This document shows, piece by piece, positions 61,658 to 64,000 of a stretch of DNA of 64,000 nt. The notes under the pieces are model-generated. The model searched no databases. It was not told where the DNA came from and saw only the letters and a list, made by a program, of their open reading frames with translations. The DNA lies in the IMG/VR virus record IMGVR_UViG_3300038312_000193. One strand, given 5' to 3'. Source of the stretch: a virus. Both the position numbers and the translations under genes were made by a program. How positions within the stretch are numbered: the first letter of the stretch is position 1; every line of letters starts with the position of its first letter.

Positions 61658-63682
61658 TTGAGTAATTTAGATGGAAGTAGAAGTTCATTTGTTTCACCAC
61701 TATATACTGTAGATACATTTTTAGAATTGCTGGATTTACCAATTTCTCAAAAAACTAATGCAGATAGATATATGATATTAAGACAAAAAACAAGAACCGC
61801 AGAAGAAGAAATAGAATTTCAATCTTTAACAACTACACTTCAAAATTATATAGTTACACCAGAAACATTAAATAAAATGAATAGTTGTATAATCAATATG
61901 GAAAATTTCATAAAATCGAATGTAGAGGGTTATATAACAATTAAACAAACAGAATTTAATGCTCTAATAGCACAATTTACTGATAAAGGTACTTATGATC
62001 CTGCTGTAACATACCAAACAATGAACTTTGTTCATTATACAGATGGTAATGTTTATATTGCATTACAACAATCTTTAAATCAAACTCCATCTTCAAGTCC
62101 TACATATTGGAGAGTATTATCAATACACGGTGAGACGGGGTATTCCGTAGATGTTCAACCTCAAGGAGATTTTTCAGCAAGTACGCAATATCATCTTAAT
62201 GACCTAGTTTATTATAACGGAAATTTATATCGTTGTATTGTTGATAGTTTAGGGAATTATCCAACTAATGAAACTTATTTTTCTTTGTTTTTAGCAGGTA
62301 ATGGTGAAACTCTTAGTAATTTAAATACTAATACTAAAGTTTCTTTAGTTAGTGCCATAAATGAAGTTTTGGGTGATGTAGGAGATAAAACTACACTTAA
62401 CACAACAGAAAAAGATAATATTGTTGATGCCATAAATGAGGTTTTGGATGATACAGATTATCCATTTAAGATAAAATCGGCATTTTATACTGTTGGAACA
62501 GATACCTTATCAATAGTAATTTCCGATGGTGTTGGAGAAACAATAAATAATAATACTATAAACACAATAACAAAAACATCTGATACAACTTTTAATATTA
62601 CTCCTATATTTGCAAATACAACTTATACAATATATTTAAAGAATGATGGTAATTTTGCTAGTAGTACAGACGGAAGTCAAGTAGATGGAAGTATATTAAT
62701 TGGAACTGTATTAACAAATTCGGATAAAACTGTAAATACAATTGTCGATAAAAGACCTTTGGTTAGTGGTGTTGGGAAAAAAGTTAGTGAACATTTGGCC
62801 GATGAAACGCAACACGTACCATATGCAGTAGCAAGTGGTAGTGCCAATACCTATGCTGTAACTCTCAGCCCCACACCAACGTCTTTGGTTGCAGGTATGG
62901 CACTTGCGGTAAAGATTAATGTAGACAGTACCGGTGCATCTACTATCAACATAAACGGATTGGGTGCAAAAGGAATAAAAAAGGCCAATGGTACCGATGT
63001 TACAAACCTAAAAGCTAATGGTATCTACACATTGAGGTACGATGGTACAAATTTTACACTACAGGGTAGCGACGCTGCCGGAAATGCTACGCCTGCTGAC
63101 ATACTTTCCGGCAAAACAGCGACAACGGATGCGGGAGAAATTACGGGTACTATTCCAAGCAAATCTGCTCAAACCTATACACCTACTACTACAAATCAAG
63201 TTATATCGGCAGGGCAATATTTAAGTGGTGCTCAAACTGTTAGAGGTGACGCAAACTTGCTGGCGGCAAATATCCTGTCCGGTAAAAGTATTTTTGGGGT
63301 AGCTGGTAATGCGGCATCGAAAAAATATGCCAGCGGAACATGCGTGGCCAGTTCAACCACCATAACAGTGTATGGTTACAATGATACAGAACCCTCCATA
63401 ATTGTTTATCCTATTACGGTTTCGGGCCTTACTTTCCAACCGGAAATATTGATGCTCTACAGAAGTGCATATCTAAGTTATGGTGACCAAATTTTAATGT
63501 TGTATTACAACCAAGATTATTTTTATCAGGATGCTCAATATGAAGCTAATCTGCTTATTACAACTGTGAATTCTGTTAATTATGTCAAAGTTGACGGGAG
63601 TATACTATATGTCAATCCGACTGCTTTCACATTAGCAAGTGCTAAAATAGGAAGCTCAATTAAATGGTGCGCATGGGGATAA
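61658..63682 (+). CDS. tail fibre / receptor-binding protein
   Basis: two CBM-like repeats (VHYTDGNVY, VYYNGNLY), two L.T..K..V.AINEV repeats, ANILSGKSIFGVAG. Confidence 0.85.
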   Translation: MSNLDGSRSSFVSPLYTVDTFLELLDLPISQKTNADRYMILRQKTRTAEEEIEFQSLTTTLQNYIVTPETLNKMNSCIINMENFIKSNVEGYITIKQTEFNALIAQFTDKGTYDPAVTYQTMNFVHYTDGNVYIALQQSLNQTPSSSPTYWRVLSIHGETGYSVDVQPQGDFSASTQYHLNDLVYYNGNLYRCIVDSLGNYPTNETYFSLFLAGNGETLSNLNTNTKVSLVSAINEVLGDVGDKTTLNTTEKDNIVDAINEVLDDTDYPFKIKSAFYTVGTDTLSIVISDGVGETINNNTINTITKTSDTTFNITPIFANTTYTIYLKNDGNFASSTDGSQVDGSILIGTVLTNSDKTVNTIVDKRPLVSGVGKKVSEHLADETQHVPYAVASGSANTYAVTLSPTPTSLVAGMALAVKINVDSTGASTININGLGAKGIKKANGTDVTNLKANGIYTLRYDGTNFTLQGSDAAGNATPADILSGKTATTDAGEITGTIPSKSAQTYTPTTTNQVISAGQYLSGAQTVRGDANLLAANILSGKSIFGVAGNAASKKYASGTCVASSTTITVYGYNDTEPSIIVYPITVSGLTFQPEILMLYRSAYLSYGDQILMLYYNQDYFYQDAQYEANLLITTVNSVNYVKVDGSILYVNPTAFTLASAKIGSSIKWCAWG

Positions 63683-63695
63683 AGGAGGTAACGTA

Positions 63696-63950
63696 ATGCA
63701 AATCGGACGCAAAATTTATTACGAAAAAAGTAACGGAGTAGTCATATGGGATAAAGGCCAAATGGAAGGCGATGTGGTAGAAACCACGCTGGAGCAGGAT
63801 ATGGAAGTAATGCCAGTATTGACATTAATTGCACCGGAACATTTAGGGGTTAAACAACTCACCTTCGGAGAATTAAGCGATAGCTTCGCAATTTGTAGAG
63901 GATATCGAATAAATCCCGATACAGAAGAAGTGGAGTTTGTTACGCAGTAG
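63696..63950 (+). CDS. small protein downstream of tail fibre
   Basis: AAGGAGG RBS; same elevated GC as fibre C-terminus. Confidence 0.75.
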   Translation: MQIGRKIYYEKSNGVVIWDKGQMEGDVVETTLEQDMEVMPVLTLIAPEHLGVKQLTFGELSDSFAICRGYRINPDTEEVEFVTQ

Positions 63951-64000
63951 ACCTTTACTATTCATTAACAAGTAAAAATATTAATATTATATTTTTTGAC

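Noticed and set aside
162-63224. Short antisense or out-of-frame ORFs (e.g. 162..350, 2764..3003, 6386..6697, 8657..8980, 24608..24862, 38734..38973, 46513..46821, 57149..57397)
   Set aside because: Shadows of longer RBS-bearing genes; no motifs.
1-64000. CRISPR or other regularly spaced guide array; tRNA/rRNA genes
   Set aside because: No periodic repeat-spacer structure or cloverleaf found by eye; the TAACAG copies are irregularly spaced. A tRNAscan or CRISPR-finder run would be more sensitive.
61658-64000. Diversity-generating retroelement or invertible tail-fibre cassette
   Set aside because: No reverse transcriptase, template repeat or second fibre tip in the window; sequence beyond 64000 is unseen.
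1-64000. Stop-codon reassignment
   Set aside because: Genes are full length under code 11; apparent breaks are explained by introns or one truncation.

Overview
The whole window reads as a low-GC, SPbeta-like large siphophage of a Firmicute host (probably Clostridia); I see no host DNA. Bases 1-12.8 kb are a minus-strand arm of small early/accessory genes with sigma-A promoters. Bases 10.2-15 kb are a divergent control region with mirror-image base skew, tandem LexA-like boxes and a tyrosine recombinase. Bases 15-64 kb are a plus-strand arm: helicase, YonO-type single-subunit RNA polymerase, PIN-PhoH, HU, Hsp20, terminase, portal, head and tail genes. Structure the ORF track misses: (1) three group I introns, one in the major capsid gene and two in the tape measure gene separated by a 33-nt micro-exon, with the two ORF-less introns being sisters; (2) four free-standing repeat-array endonucleases, each preceded by a related structured leader whose loop can pair with either a decoy or the Shine-Dalgarno, one with an apparently inverted loop; (3) a strongly strand-polarised hexamer (CTGTTA/TAACAG, about 51 copies in the first 9.8 kb) written through coding and non-coding DNA. 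All counts were made by eye and all family assignments are motif-based; no searches were run.
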